The notes under the pieces are model-generated. The model was not told where the DNA came from. It searched no databases and worked only from the letters and a program-made list of their open reading frames with translations. From Eledone cirrhosa (lineage: Eukaryota), in the NCBI GenBank assembly GCA_964016885.1, contig OZ024743.1, forward strand, positions 182,218,001 to 182,282,000: a DNA stretch of 64,000 nt. Reading direction: 5' to 3'. This document shows, piece by piece, positions 25,543 through 37,961 of the stretch (positions within the stretch are counted from its first letter, which is position 1; each line of letters begins with the position of its first letter). The position numbers and the translations under genes are program-made.

Positions 25543-25807
25543 TTAAACATTAAAGTCTTTACTTTAGTCTACTGCAAGTTTTCACAATAATCTGTTCACT
25601 AGTAAAGATACTATAAATATTTGAATTAACAAACTTGTTTTTTGATACTTTTTGTGAAATCATTTTGAGATGTTAAGAGTTAAACAGTTTATTAAAGTGA
25701 GTGAAATCCATAGCTCCTCCTCCTACTCCTACTCCTCCTGCTTGTCCCCTTCTCCTTCTCCCCATACGCCCCGTTCTCCTCCTTCTCCTCTGCTCCCGAT
25801 ACACAAT

Positions 25808-25975
25808 GTATGGTGGTTGGCATCAGGAAAGGCATCCAGCTGTAGAATAACAAATCAAAAATGGAGTGTAGGAGTGAAAGAAGTGGTTACCTGACATGTC
25901 TGGCCTCATACTGTGACAGCACATCTAGTCTATACCAGCATAGAAAATAGACATTAAATTGTGATGATGATGATA
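25808..25975 (+). mobile_element. RTE-tailed SINE 3' fragment
   Basis: ggttggcatcaggaaaggcatccagctgtagaa ... agcatagaaaatagacattaaa..gatgatgat. Confidence 0.65.
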
Positions 25976-26471
25976 TTTATATAGAGAGGGAGGGAAGGAG
26001 AGAGAGAAATGCGTTAAACTGTGATGATGATCATGATATATATATATATATACTGCTGTTTTGTGAGAAAAAGAAAGCACCTGTTTTGGGGTTCTTGTGT
26101 TGTCATCTTGAGAAATTCCTATGGTACAAAGCAACAAATTTATTTTATTTACAATTATTTAATAACTGTGTAAACATGATATTATTTACAGTAACAATAA
26201 TAATAATAATAATAATAATGACAACTGTAATGATATAGAGAAAAAAGAGAGAAAGAAAGAAGAAAAAGAATGGGAAGGGGAGGGGATGGCAAGAGCTCTG
26301 GTGTCGCAGAAGAGAGGGGAGGGGTGAAGGGTGAGGGTGAGTGGCTTTGGGCCTAGGGCAAGAGGGCAGAAGTGCTGAAGCCCCTCTGACAAGATGGCAA
26401 AATTGTAATTGTTTTAAATTATTGTTTTGTTGATAATTTTAAAATTTGAAATGTGTACAAAAAAGGTAAAA

Positions 26472-26630
26472 TGGTAGCGAATTGGCAGAGTCATTGGAAT
26501 GTCAGATAGAATGCTTTGTGGTATTCATTTTGGCTCTCTGCTTTCAGAGTTCAAATCCAGTCCAAGTCAAATTTGCCTTTCATTTTTCCAAGATCAATAA
26601 AAAAGTACCAGTCTAGTATTGTGGTCGATT
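26472..26630 (+). mobile_element. tRNA-derived SINE (same family as 1297-1483)
   Basis: ttggcagagtc...gagttcaaatcc...tttgcctttcat...gatcaataaaaaagtaccagt. Confidence 0.65.
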
Positions 26631-26634
26631 CTTC

Positions 26635-26806
26635 CTCTATATCTCTTTCTCACTTCTACTATCTTTCTCTGGAAGAGATCTGCTTCACTATTCACTTCCC
26701 TGACATTTGTATATTATTCTATGTACTATACATGCACCTTTGACGAGTTGTAGTGCACCTGAGCACTTTACACAATAATTTCATTATTATTATTATTATT
26801 ATTATT
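26635..26806 (+). mobile_element. Probable 3' end of a non-LTR element with (ATT)n tail
   Basis: gtagtgcacctgagcactttacacaataatttc followed by (att)n; family not determinable. Confidence 0.35.
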
Positions 26807-28392
26807 CTTTGAGTTTCAGTCATTGATATTAGTTAACTGGAAAGTTTGTTGAAATGAATATCAAGCCACTACCTGCAGCCTCAGATATTCAGGACGTATC
26901 GGAGGGTTCTTGCTGTTCCCAGCAAGCATGCCTTTTGAAGCGTTCCAAAAAGCGTGAAGGGGCCAATTTTCTTTAACCATCCCTGGAAACTTTTTGAGAT
27001 AGTCCCTAGTGCGCCTATGACAATCGGGATCACTTTGACTTCATGGCAGTTCCAAATCCTTTTTACCTCCCACTTTAAGTCCTGGTATCGGTTAATTTTC
27101 TCCCTCTCCTTCTCTTGCACTCTCGTGTCGAATGGGCAGGCCACACCCACAATCAGGCACAATCTTTTTTCTTTGTCCACAACCACCAGGTCAGGTCTAT
27201 TGTGTTCCAGTTTCTTGTCCGTCTGTATCCTAAAATCCCACAGCACCTTCACCTGATCGTTTTCTATCACCGCTTCTGGCTTATGCTCATACCACTTCTC
27301 AGAATGTGGTAAATTGTTTACTTTGCACAGGTGCCAGTGGATCACCCTGCCCATCACATCATGTCTCCAGCCTTTATAGAGAGTCTGAGCTAGGTGTTTA
27401 CACTCGGATACAATGTGAGCCACAGTCTCCTCTCTCCACAGATCCTGCACAGCGGGCTAGCCTCCTCCTTGTAAATATGGTGTTTCAACCACTTCGTTTT
27501 GAGGGCCTGCTCCTGCGCTGCCATTAACATTCCTTCTGTAGCCTTTTTAAGGTCTCCTCTTTTCAACCAGTTCTATGTCTGTGGATCTTTTAATTCAGTT
27601 TTCTCAAGGAAGGCACTATGAAGGGATTTTTCATGAAGGTTGCTCTTTCTCTTTGTTGTTATTTCCTCCTTGGACATCCCCTGCTCTATTGTCCTCTCCT
27701 TCAGTACAATTCTGAGCATTGGCTCCTTACTATCGGTCACGTATTTGTGTAGGTTGTTTTTCTCCATCTGAACACAGTGCTCTATGCTGATAAGACCTCT
27801 TCCACCTTCAGATCTCCTTAAGTAGAGTCTATCGACATCACTCCTCTTGTGGAACATGTTGTAGTTAGTCAATAGCTTCCTAGTCTTCCTATCCATTTCC
27901 TTTTGTTCAGCAACATTCTATCTCAGAATTCCCACACTGTACCTAATAATAGACACAGCTTGGGAATTTACTGCACTTATGGCATTTCTACTGTTCAGAT
28001 GTGACTTTAATACGCTCCTTACTCTCCGAATGTATTCAGATCTTATCAATTCCTTCATTTTTTTGTTCTTGATGTCATCAGCCTCCAGAACACCCAAATA
28101 CTTGTATCCTTCTTCAGTGTCAATTTCCTTTATCATCTCACCTGTTGATACCTGGATTCCGTTGCTTCTGCTCAATTTACCCCTCTTCATCACAAGGACT
28201 CCACACTTACTAATACCAAATTGCATACATATATCATTGCTGAAAATATGGACAGTGTCAACAAGCACACCCAACTCCTTCTCACTCTTCCTGAAGAGCT
28301 TAAGACCGTCCATGAAGAGGAGGTGATTAATGGTAAGCTCTCCTTTTCCCAACTTGTATCCTGCTCTCACTTTCCGCAGTATAATGGTCAAG
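26807..28392 (-). mobile_element. 5'-truncated Dong/R4-clade (RLE) non-LTR retrotransposon, decayed
   Basis: RT HLLFMDGLKLF (MDD->MDG), YKYLG, RLYLRRSEGGRGL; zinc knuckle ..ETVAHIVSEC; RHD; restriction-like endonuclease RPDLVVVD..LIV(G)VACP..EK..RY..L; LQKACLLGT. Flanked by (TAA)n on both sides, the established Dong target. Confidence 0.92.
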
Positions 28393-28913
28393 GCAAAGGC
28401 AAGATTATTATTATTATTATTAATATTATTGGTGACCTACGTAGTAAATCGTATCATCGTGAGCTCCGCAAAGGTTTATTTTCAGTTGTTTAAAATTGCC
28501 ATTTATGGAAAATTTTTATTGTTAACTGTATATAACTGCACATACATTGATTTCTGAAAAGGACACTCAAAAATATTGGGGCCTTGAGCCCAAAATTTAA
28601 ACTTTTTATAATTATCAAACAAAAATTTTTCTTTGAAAAATCATGGATGTCTCAGAGTCACTCCTTCCTCACAATCTAACACCTCACACCGACACCACCA
28701 TGGTAAATATTGGTATGTTTCCAACACTGGAAATGTAAGCAGTAGCAATATTTTAAATTTGTCTCAGGCAGACGTTCATTTCCCGCCATTACCAATGACT
28801 GCAGGTGTTAAAGCCGCCACCACCACCACCACCACCGCGACAACCCCCCCCCCCCCACCACCACAGCGACAACAGAAACAAAAGAAAAAAATAAATTAAC
28901 TCGTGATATCGAA

Positions 28914-30576
28914 ATGAATTCAACCAAAATGAACTCTTCCACACCGAACACCACTGACGCCACCACCACCACCACCACAACTGAAACTAAAATTAACAAT
29001 AGCAAAAATAACAATAACAACAACAGCAACAATGAAATTAAGAAAATTACCCTGAGTTTTGCCAGAGTAGCAAAAACGTGCGAAGCGATCCAGGTAACTC
29101 AGGAGGAATTAGAAGAAGCCAAAGGAATGGTAAAGAAAGATGGGTACAGGGTCAGCCTCACCCCCACCTAATAAAATGGAGCAACGTCGCCTATGCACCG
29201 TGTCTTATTGGACAATTAACATAAAATCCCGCCGAGTGGAACGGGCATCTGAGTCCCAAATCCAAAAAGCTTTGGGACATGTGTGGGCAAAAAAACACCA
29301 CATCAGACGTGGGCAGAAAAATGGAACCGTGGACGTGTTCTTTGAAACACCACAGGAGGCCAGAGAACGCTCCATGGCCCCATTAAGAAGTGACGACTTC
29401 ACACTCGTCCCAAGCTATTGTGGCCAGAGACTTGTGAAGATCAGGGTGACCCACGTTCCACCAGCCATCGAAATTCCCTGGCTAATGGCTGCCATCCTTG
29501 CCGGCATCGAGGCCAACACCAAGATAATTGAAATAGCGAAAGAAAAGCAGGAGAACTGGTCCGGATCTGGGATGAGGCTCCGGATCCAAGCGGACCATAA
29601 AAGCATTGAGGAGATTCCAGAAGTAATAGACCTCACTGACGGCAGCCACCTCACCGTAATCGTCGAGGGCAGAAGACCTAGATGTGTCGTTTGTGGTGAA
29701 GGAACCCACCTAAGGTTGAGGCCACCTCTCTTACCCACCCCAGTGACTCAACCATCAACACCACCAGCAGCAGATATGGCAGCAACAACTGTAGCAGCAA
29801 CAACAGAAGCAACTGTAACAGCAACAACCCCAGCAACAGTAGCAAAACCAACACCACCACCACCCAACGCGCCAGAACTAGCACCAGCGCCTACACTATC
29901 CACCACGCCACAACCAAAACCAACGCCTGTGGAGGATTTTCCACTCCCCGGCTTATTGCAACTGGAGACAGATTGTGACGACGAGGAGTGGGAAACGGTA
30001 TCAGGAAAAAAGAAAAAAAGAAGCCAAAAAAGAAAAAAATTCTCTTCCTTCGCCCTCCAAAAACAAAATACAGAGGGAAACAAATAAATTATCAAACAAA
30101 AAAGTTAGGACAGATATGCCACCATCCACAACAGCATCACCAACCCCATCACCACAAACACCAACACCATCACCATTATTAACCCCAACACCACCATCAC
30201 CAACACCACAAAAGTCACCAAAAAGCGTAACAGAAACAAACCCACAACAAACGCAAACAAAACAAAACAACCAAAACGATACACACTACACAGCATTAAA
30301 TTTGAACAACAACCAATTATTACACTACATGCAACACAACACCAGCATCACAGAAAAAGACTATACAACAACCCAAAAGTCACACCACCTCCACACATAC
30401 AAATCACTCGCATCACACAGAAAACGTACATGACACTAAAACAAAAATTCCCCAAAGACATCGGAGACTTCCGACAAACACTCTCCAGGAGGATTTATAA
30501 GGACATCCTTCTGGAGGAGGCCACAAGCAGTGAAAAGGATGGACAAACCATCCTTCCTCTACGAGAAGTAAGGTAA
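28914..30576 (+). pseudogene. Tx1-like ORF1 (gag-like), frameshifted
   Basis: ORF pieces 28914-29171, 29140-30087 and 29975-30433 are homologous to ORF1 pieces of the second copy. Confidence 0.75.
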
Positions 30577-30610
30577 GTGGTCTTTCCCATCTTTTCCACT
30601 CCATTTCAAC

Positions 30611-33600
30611 ATGACCTCATTCAGAATAGGCAGCATAAATGCGCGTGGCTTGGGGTCGTCATGGAAGCAGGGCCACCTGCTCAACGACCTCAGGTCACTA
30701 AATATAGATGTAGTGGCCATCAGCGAGACCAGAATCTCCGAAGCACGGGCCCTCGCACCGATCTTAGGCGGCTACGATGTGTACGCATCTCCCAGCCGTC
30801 CGGGATCAGAGGGGGGGGGGGAGTTGCTGTGCTTTTTCGGAGAGGTTTGGATCTTGCCATACGGGCCATCTTCCTGGACCCAGAAGATAAGTTGGTGTTG
30901 CTGGACGTGACCAGCGGAGACGGGCAAGCTTTCAGGTTAGTGGCCGCCTATGCCCCGACAGGAGCAGGGCGGCCTGATTTCTTCCGGCGTCTGGAGACCT
31001 TTCTTGGAACGTCCCGCTCTTTAGTGTTAGTGGACGACTGGAACGGGATCTTAGATGCACGCTGGGACTGTGTGGGATTAGCGGATAGGGGAGGAGGGTG
31101 CAAGAGCCTCACCAACCTGCTCAGGCGTTTTGAACTGTCTGACAGGTACCGATTGGATTTCCCGAATGTGCCAATGTGGACTTGGACAAATCGTATAGGG
31201 TCATCCAGATCATATCTAGATAGAGTATTTTGTAGAGAAATAGATAGGTCTAGCATAGGCTGTCCACAATTCAAGATAGTCAGCTACACGGACCACAAAT
31301 TCGTGATCTGTGTGCTTGACTTAGATAGGCTTCATAGACGAGGACCCGGCTACTGGAAGCTAAACGCGTCTTACCAGCGCGCAAGGCCTACAGAGACCGG
31401 ATTAGTGAACTAGTTAAGCGGGCGTTGACGGGGGCCATCGTCAACAACAAGTGGTGATTTGCTCTGAAAAGAGCAATTAGAATAGAGTCCATTAGGTTTA
31501 GTAAGGCTTTAGCATTAGAGAAAAATAGAGCAGAGGGAGAATTAGTTAGAAAATTAGACGAGGCGCCTAGCAAAGGCATCGTGACCGACGTACTTGCAGC
31601 GAAATTGGCCCTTGACCAATTCTTCAAGGCAAAGCACGAAGGCTGCGTTGTCAGAGCTAGGGTGCGTGTAATCAGACACGAGGGGACGAAAGCCGTTCAA
31701 TGGGCCCGAGTGGCGGAGGCGCGTCGTGGCAACAAAGCCACGATCCGGTCTTTGATGGACCTCGACGGGCGCATGCTACTCGATCCCGGGCAAATGTGTG
31801 AAGCTTTTCAGTGACACTTTGCTCAGTTGTTCGGGGGCAGCGGCAGGCCGGATCGAGGGATGGACTTTAGTGCCTACCTCGACGGACTGCCGCGGCTCTC
31901 GGCCACTGAGGCGGAGTGTTGCGAAAAGCCGATAACAGCCGCTGAAGTGCGGGAGGCAATGACTGGCTGCACAAGGGGTAAATCGCCTGGTTTGGATGGT
32001 TTGCCCTATGAACTTTACGTACAGATGCCAGACTTGTTCGGAGGCCTCTTGGCGGACGTCTACTGCAACTGGCAACAGAACGGGAGAATTCCCAGCTCTG
32101 TGAGCCGAGGAGTGGTGGCGCTGCTGAGAAAGGATCCAAACAAGGGGGATAACATAGATAATTTTAGGCCCACAACTCTGCTAAACACAGAGTTCAAGAT
32201 TTTGGCCAAGGTGCTAGTAAAGAGGTTGGCGCTTGTCGTTGGTGGTCTGGTGGGAGAGGCGCAGACATGTGCCATTCCCGACAGATCCATCCACGACAAC
32301 CTCCACCTCATGCGATACATCATAGAGTGAGTAGCTAAGGAACCTGGCACAGGTGGGTCCTTGATCAATTTAGATCAGTCGAAAGCTTTCGATAGGGTCG
32401 ACCATCGTTACCTAGCGACAGTCCTGAGGGCGGCTGGATTTGGGCCCGTCTTCAAAGGCTGGATCGCTGCCATGCACAGCGACATCTGCTCTGTGGTGAG
32501 AGTGAACGGTCACCTTTCGGAACCGTTCAACATCATGCGCTCGGTCCGCCAAGGATGCCCCTCTTGTCCCTCTTGTACGTATTGACTCTCGAGCCATTAC
32601 TGCACAAACTGGAGACGTTGAGGGGCGTCCCGCGCGAACTAGGATGCGGAAGATTTGTGTCAGCATATGCGGACGATGTCACCGTAGTGGTGTCGAACGC
32701 CAAACACATCGAGGCGATCGGCACTACACTAAGAGAATACAAAGCGGTGACAGGAGCAATGATCAACCAGGAAAAGTCAGTGGGCCTGCAGCTCGGCACC
32801 TGCAGAGGCAGGTCCATGCCGTCCAACAGCATCGTCAGACACTGGACGGACGGACCGGTTAAATTGCTAGGGGTCTGGTTCGGTCCGGACCTCCAGACGG
32901 ACAAAAACTGGGACGAGGTGACGAGCAGAGTGGCTTCTCTCACCCAGAAATGGGCGGAGAGGAAGCTATCCCTGAAAGGTCGAGCGGAGGTGGCTAATGC
33001 GTACATCGCGTCTGTCATCTACTACCGCCTGACTATCGTACCTTGTCCCAAGCCCCGCCTGACTGCGCTGGAGCGTTTGCTCTTTCGCTTTTTGTGGAAG
33101 GGACGCGCTCCGATGGTCAGGCGGTCCATCTGCTGTCAACACCCGCTACATGGAGGGCTGGGAATGCTGTGGCAGATGATGCGCAGACACGCGCTCAGGC
33201 TACGACATCTCCACCTCTTCCTCGACGGTGATCAGGTGTGGTCGCCGTTTGCTAGACACGTATTTCTCCAGCTCGTTTCCTTGACGGAGCTGCAGTCCTG
33301 GGTCAAGCGAAGACCGAGAGGGAGCGCCTGGAGACTGGAATGTCTTCAGGCGCTCAGCTCGGCGTTCTATAGAGGATTAGTGGAGGGGAAGAGCAACGAC
33401 GTACTTGGGGAAACTCTAGGCGTCGACGAAAATCAACTAGCCAATCTCTTCGGAAGAACTTTCGGGCCGGGACCTATGGACAACTTCCAGAAATCTCTGG
33501 CCTTGCAGTGCTACCGAGGAGCCTTGCCAGTTCGGGATAAACTCTACAGGCATGGAGGTGCCGTCAGCCGGGCATGTCCGTGATGCGCGCAGGGCGACGA

Positions 33601-33991
33601 AACCGTCCTGCACGCACTCGTCCAGTGTCCGAAAATTGCTGACTTGTGGGTTTATGTCAAACACTTGCTGTCGCGTGTAGGACGGATCCGGCTATCATCT
33701 GAGTCCATCGTGAGGATTGCCCCGCCCTCTTCCTTTAGCCGGGAAGGGCAGGCAGTTTTTATCTGTCTGGTGGCCATGGCGAAAGAGATAGTATGGTGGA
33801 CACGTTTGAAAGGGCTGAAGACGAGCACTTACCTCTTCGGTGATGCCCTGATTAACTTTTTCAAATTTCATTTGAAAAGGAAAATCAGGGTAGAGAGGGA
33901 AGTGCTCTCTTCCCAGCATTTTGTTGAAAGATGGGTGAGAGAAGCAAGTATGGCCCGAATGAATGGGCCTTCTCTGAGTATGTGTCTGTAA
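30611..33991 (+). pseudogene. Tx1-like ORF2 (APE-RT-zinc finger), disrupted
   Basis: Pieces 30611-30910, 30577-31413, 31581-31814, 31827-32330, 32361-32585, 32555-33583 and 33644-33991. Confidence 0.9.
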
Positions 33992-34234
33992 ATTAAAGGT
34001 GGAAAACTGGGAGAGGGCACTTGCCCTGGTGGTCAGGGCCACTGTGGTCTTTTAATGGGCTTTCTCCACAAATGTCCCTCGGAAGTCTCCCCCCTATTGG
34101 GGAATTTTTCTTTGTTATTTTATTTCAACCTCCGTTTTTTTACACGCAGAAATGCCCATTTGTACCGTCCTGTATTGTCCTGTACTGTCCTTAATGTCTA
34201 CTTTATGTAAACCCTTGTGGTTAATAAAGAAAAC

Positions 34235-34243
34235 ATTATTATA

Positions 34244-34295
<52 letters not shown>
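34235..34295. repeat. (ATT)n microsatellite
   Basis: Direct reading. Confidence 0.95.
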
Positions 34296-34296
<1 letters not shown>

Positions 34297-34636
34297 GGAG
34301 GCACATGGCTTAGTGTTTAGAGCATTGGCCTTGCAATCGAAAGGTTGTGAGTTCAATTCTCAGACTGGGTGATGTGTTGTTTCCTTGAGCAAAACACTTT
34401 ATTTCACATTGCTCCAATTTACTCAGCTGTAGAAATGAGATGATAGGGACTGGGGTCCATATCATCCCACTGCAAAGTGGTCGTGGAGGTGCCATGGCAA
34501 AAAAGCACCCAGCACTCACTGTAAATGAGGTTGGTGTTAGGAAGGGCATCCAGCTGTAGAAATCAAGCCAGAATCAGTTCTCGTCCCACCCTTGCAAGCA
34601 GGGAAAGTGGACGTAAAATGATGATGATGATGATGA
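34296..34636 (+). mobile_element. tRNA-derived SINE with RTE-type 3' tail
   Basis: A-box TGGCTTAGTG, B-box GTTCAATTC and central ccttgagcaaaacactttatttcac. The 3' part ggttggtgttaggaagggcatccagctgtagaaa...gtggacgtaaaatgatgatg matches the RTE 3'UTR (reverse complement of ~4700-4850). Confidence 0.85.
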
Positions 34637-34639
34637 TTA

Positions 34640-37465
34640 TCATTTTTAAGGATATTGTTACAGATTTAAAATTACCAAATATTTCTAACACAAACAACAC
34701 CAACAATAATACCAACAACAACACCATCAATAACAACAGCAACAACAAAAATAACAGCGGTAAATTCGAGAATGACAATAATAAAAATAACAGCGGTAAG
34801 GTCGAGAACGACAATAACAATGACAATAACAACATCCACAACAACAATAATAGTAGGAACAGTATCAACAAAAACAACAATAATAACAACAGTCACAATA
34901 ACAGTAACAACAGCAACAGTATCAACGAAAACAACAGTACCAACGAAAACATCAACAATGATATCGATACCTGTAACAGCGATCTCAGCACCAACAACAA
35001 GACCAGTAGTGGCAGCAATAGTGGTGCTGCTGAAAAAGGGACCACTTCTTTTGCAGGTGTCGCCCAAAATATCGAAACAGTGTTAGTCACAGAGGAGGAG
35101 ATGGCAGTTGCAAGGGCCATGGTGACAAGAAGTGCCAATAGAGTCTCCCTGAAACCTCTACCCGATTTTTTCAAGGACCAGCAGCTACGGACGGTGATTT
35201 ACCGCACCGTAAGCAAAATGTCACATCGGGTGGAGAGAGCCACGGAGGCTCAAATCCAAAAGGCCTTGGGGTGCGTCTGGGTGCGCAAAACCCACATCAC
35301 CCGAGGCAGAAAGTACGCCACAGTAGACGTACTTTTCGCTACCCCCAAGAAGCAAAGTTTCACTCTTTGGAAACCCTAAAGAGTGAGGAGATAGTCTTGG
35401 TGCCCTCTTACTGCAGGCAGGAAATTGTGAGGGTCAAAGTGACCCAGGTCCCACCCGACGTGCCCATACCTTGGCTGGCCGCATCTGTTCTTGCTGGAAT
35501 CGAGGGCAGGACGACCATGCTGCAAGTAGAGAAAATAGGGAGAGAGAACTGGTCAGGTATAGGCATGCAAATGCTTATACAAACTGACCAGGAATGTATC
35601 GACGCTATCTAGATATCATAGACATCGAGGAAGGACTCCAACTCCCTATAAGCGTGGAAGGAAGACGGCCAAAATGTTATCTCTGTGGGTCAAAGGGTCA
35701 CCTCAGGGCCTTTTGTCCGCAGAAGACAGCGAAGAAGAAGGCCCTTCTCCTTCCAATACCTGGTCTGCTGCTACCGAGAGCAGGGCAGGCAACAAACACA
35801 GAAGCCCCTTCCACGGTGAGTAGGAGGGCAACGTCCGTGGCACCTGTACCAAGACCACGGACAACTAAAGCAGCAGCATCAGTGGCGGCAACACCAATAG
35901 CTACATTTGCAGTAGCTGCACCAGCAACAAAATTGCCGGAGAGGGCTCCACTACTACCACCAACAGCCGTGGAGCACATACCCCTCCCAGACGCCACGGA
36001 ATCCGACATGGAATTTGAGGCGGGAGTGAAGTGGCAAACAGTCTGCCACAAAAACAAAAAAGGAAAAACCCCTTAGCTTTACCCTCCAAAAGCGAAGGCA
36101 CACGCACGAAGAGGGGTAAAGGCAGCAAGGAGACTTGCAGAAACACCACCACCATCACCACCACAAGCACCACCGCCAACAACAACCACACCACCACCAG
36201 CATCACCAAAAACACCAACAACGCAAACACAAAACAAACACCAAACAGCAACAAGAAGAAAACAGCAACAAAATCACCCTCCCCAACAAAAAGTACACAG
36301 CCATAAACATGGCAAAAAAAGAACTCATACAAATATAAAGCAGCACACAGACATCACAGAAAAAACTACTACACCCCACCAACACCAAGAACTCTCCTGA
36401 CAAATATAAACATCATTGAAATCTCAATAGAACAGTACAAACTTTTAAAACAAAAATTCCCCAATGCAGTTGGAGACTTCAGAGGGTCGGTTACCAAGAG
36501 GATATACACTGACATCCCCTTGGAAACACCCATGACCAGCCAAAGGGATGGTTCTACTGTCCCTTCACCGCACGATCAAGGTAAGTGACCCTTTCTCACT
36601 TGCCCCGTTTCTCATCCAACATGGCCGTACTCAGAACAGGCAGTATAAATGCATGTGGCCTGGGGTCATCTTGGAAGCAGGGTCACCTGCTCAACGACCT
36701 CAGGTCACTAAACTTAGATGTGGTGGCCATCAGCGAGACCAGAATCTCCGAAGCACGATCTTTGGTGGCTACGATGTATACGCATCTCCCAGCCGTCCAG
36801 GATCAGGGGGAGAGGTTGCCGTCCTTTTTCGGAGAGGCTTGGATCTCGCGATACGGGCCATCTTTCTAGACCCAGAAGATAAGTCAGTGGTGCTGGACGA
36901 GACCGGCAGCGAAGGCAATGCTTTCAGGCTAGTAGCCGTCTACGCCCCAACTGGGGCAGGACGGCCAGATTTCTTCAGACGTCTAGAAACCTTTCTTGGA
37001 ACGTCCCGCTCTTTAGTGTTAGTGGGCAACTGGAACGGTATCTTGGATGCATGCTGGGATTGTGTGGGGCTAGTGGATAGGGGAGGAGGGTGCAAGAGCC
37101 TCACCAACCTGCTCAGACGTTTTGAACTGTCTGACAGGTATCAACTGGATCACCCGAATGTGCCAATGTGGACATGGACAAACTGCATCGGGTCATCCAG
37201 AGCGTATCTCGATAGGGTATTCTGCAGAGAACTAGATAAGGCTAGTATAAGTTGTCCACAATTTAAAATAGTCGACTACACAGACCACAAATTTGTGATC
37301 TGTGAGATCGACATAGACAGACTTCATAGACAAAGGCCCGGTTACTGGAAGCTGAACGCGTCTTTCCCGGCGCGCAAAGCCTACAGAGACCGGATTAGCG
37401 TATTAGTTAAGCGGGCGTTGACAGGAGCTGTCGTCAACAACAGGTGGTGGTCCGCCCTGAAAAGG
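34640..37465 (+). mobile_element. Second Tx1/L1-clade LINE copy, 3'-truncated after the endonuclease
   Basis: Asn-rich N-terminus; ORF1 pieces with an intact CCHC knuckle CYLCGSKGHLRAFC; APE from 36621 very similar to the first copy. Ends at (CT)n ~37473. Confidence 0.9.
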
Positions 37466-37471
37466 ACAGAA

Positions 37472-37510
<39 letters not shown>

Positions 37511-37787
37511 TATCTGTCTTCCTCACTCGATCAGTTTAGTTGCATTATAAGTATGAGAAAGGTCAGGGGAGACAAGTCACAGTGTCCCCCTTCTGATTAC
37601 AAATGGCAACATGATATCTCAACAATGTATGCTTGTGTCTGAATGAACCAACCACTTGTAATACGCAAATCATATGAAGAAACTCAGAGTAGCAGTACAA
37701 ATATGTATATATATATATATAGTGAAAGAGTGAAGAATAACATGGTTGGCTGTACAAAAAGGGTTTGGAATATATATGTATATAAAT

Positions 37788-37958
37788 GATCTAGATGAAA
37801 TGCAGTTTGGGTTTGTATCAGGTAAAAAAAGTACCACAGATGCTCTTTTCCTTGTACGACAACTACAGGAGAAGTACCTAGCTAAAAGTAAACCCCTATA
37901 CTTAGCCTTTGTTGACTTGGAGCCTTTGACAGAGTCCCCCATTATCTGGTGGGCCCTT
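37788..37958 (+). mobile_element. RTE LINE RT fragment
   Basis: DLDEMQFGFVSG.STTDALFLVRQLQEKYLAKSKPLYLAFVDLE, nearly the same as 6370-6540 of the first RTE. Confidence 0.9.
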
Positions 37959-37961
37959 TTA

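Larger units (their letters stand above)
28431..34233 (+). mobile_element. Near full-length Tx1/L1-clade LINE (ORF1 + ORF2), inactivated
   Basis: ORF1 ~28914-30576 (RRM-like region, degenerate zinc knuckle, Pro/Thr-rich, basic patch). ORF2 30611-33991: APE (SINARGL, SETR, DWN, YLDR, TDH), RT (KSPGLDGL, NFRP, KAFDRV, QGCP, YADD), C-terminal CxxC..ETVLH...C. AATAAA at 34223 with a short A tail. Several stops and frameshifts. Confidence 0.93.

Noticed and set aside
34296-34370. tRNA gene
   Set aside because: A/B boxes are present, but there is no cloverleaf and the sequence continues into a SINE body and LINE-derived tail.
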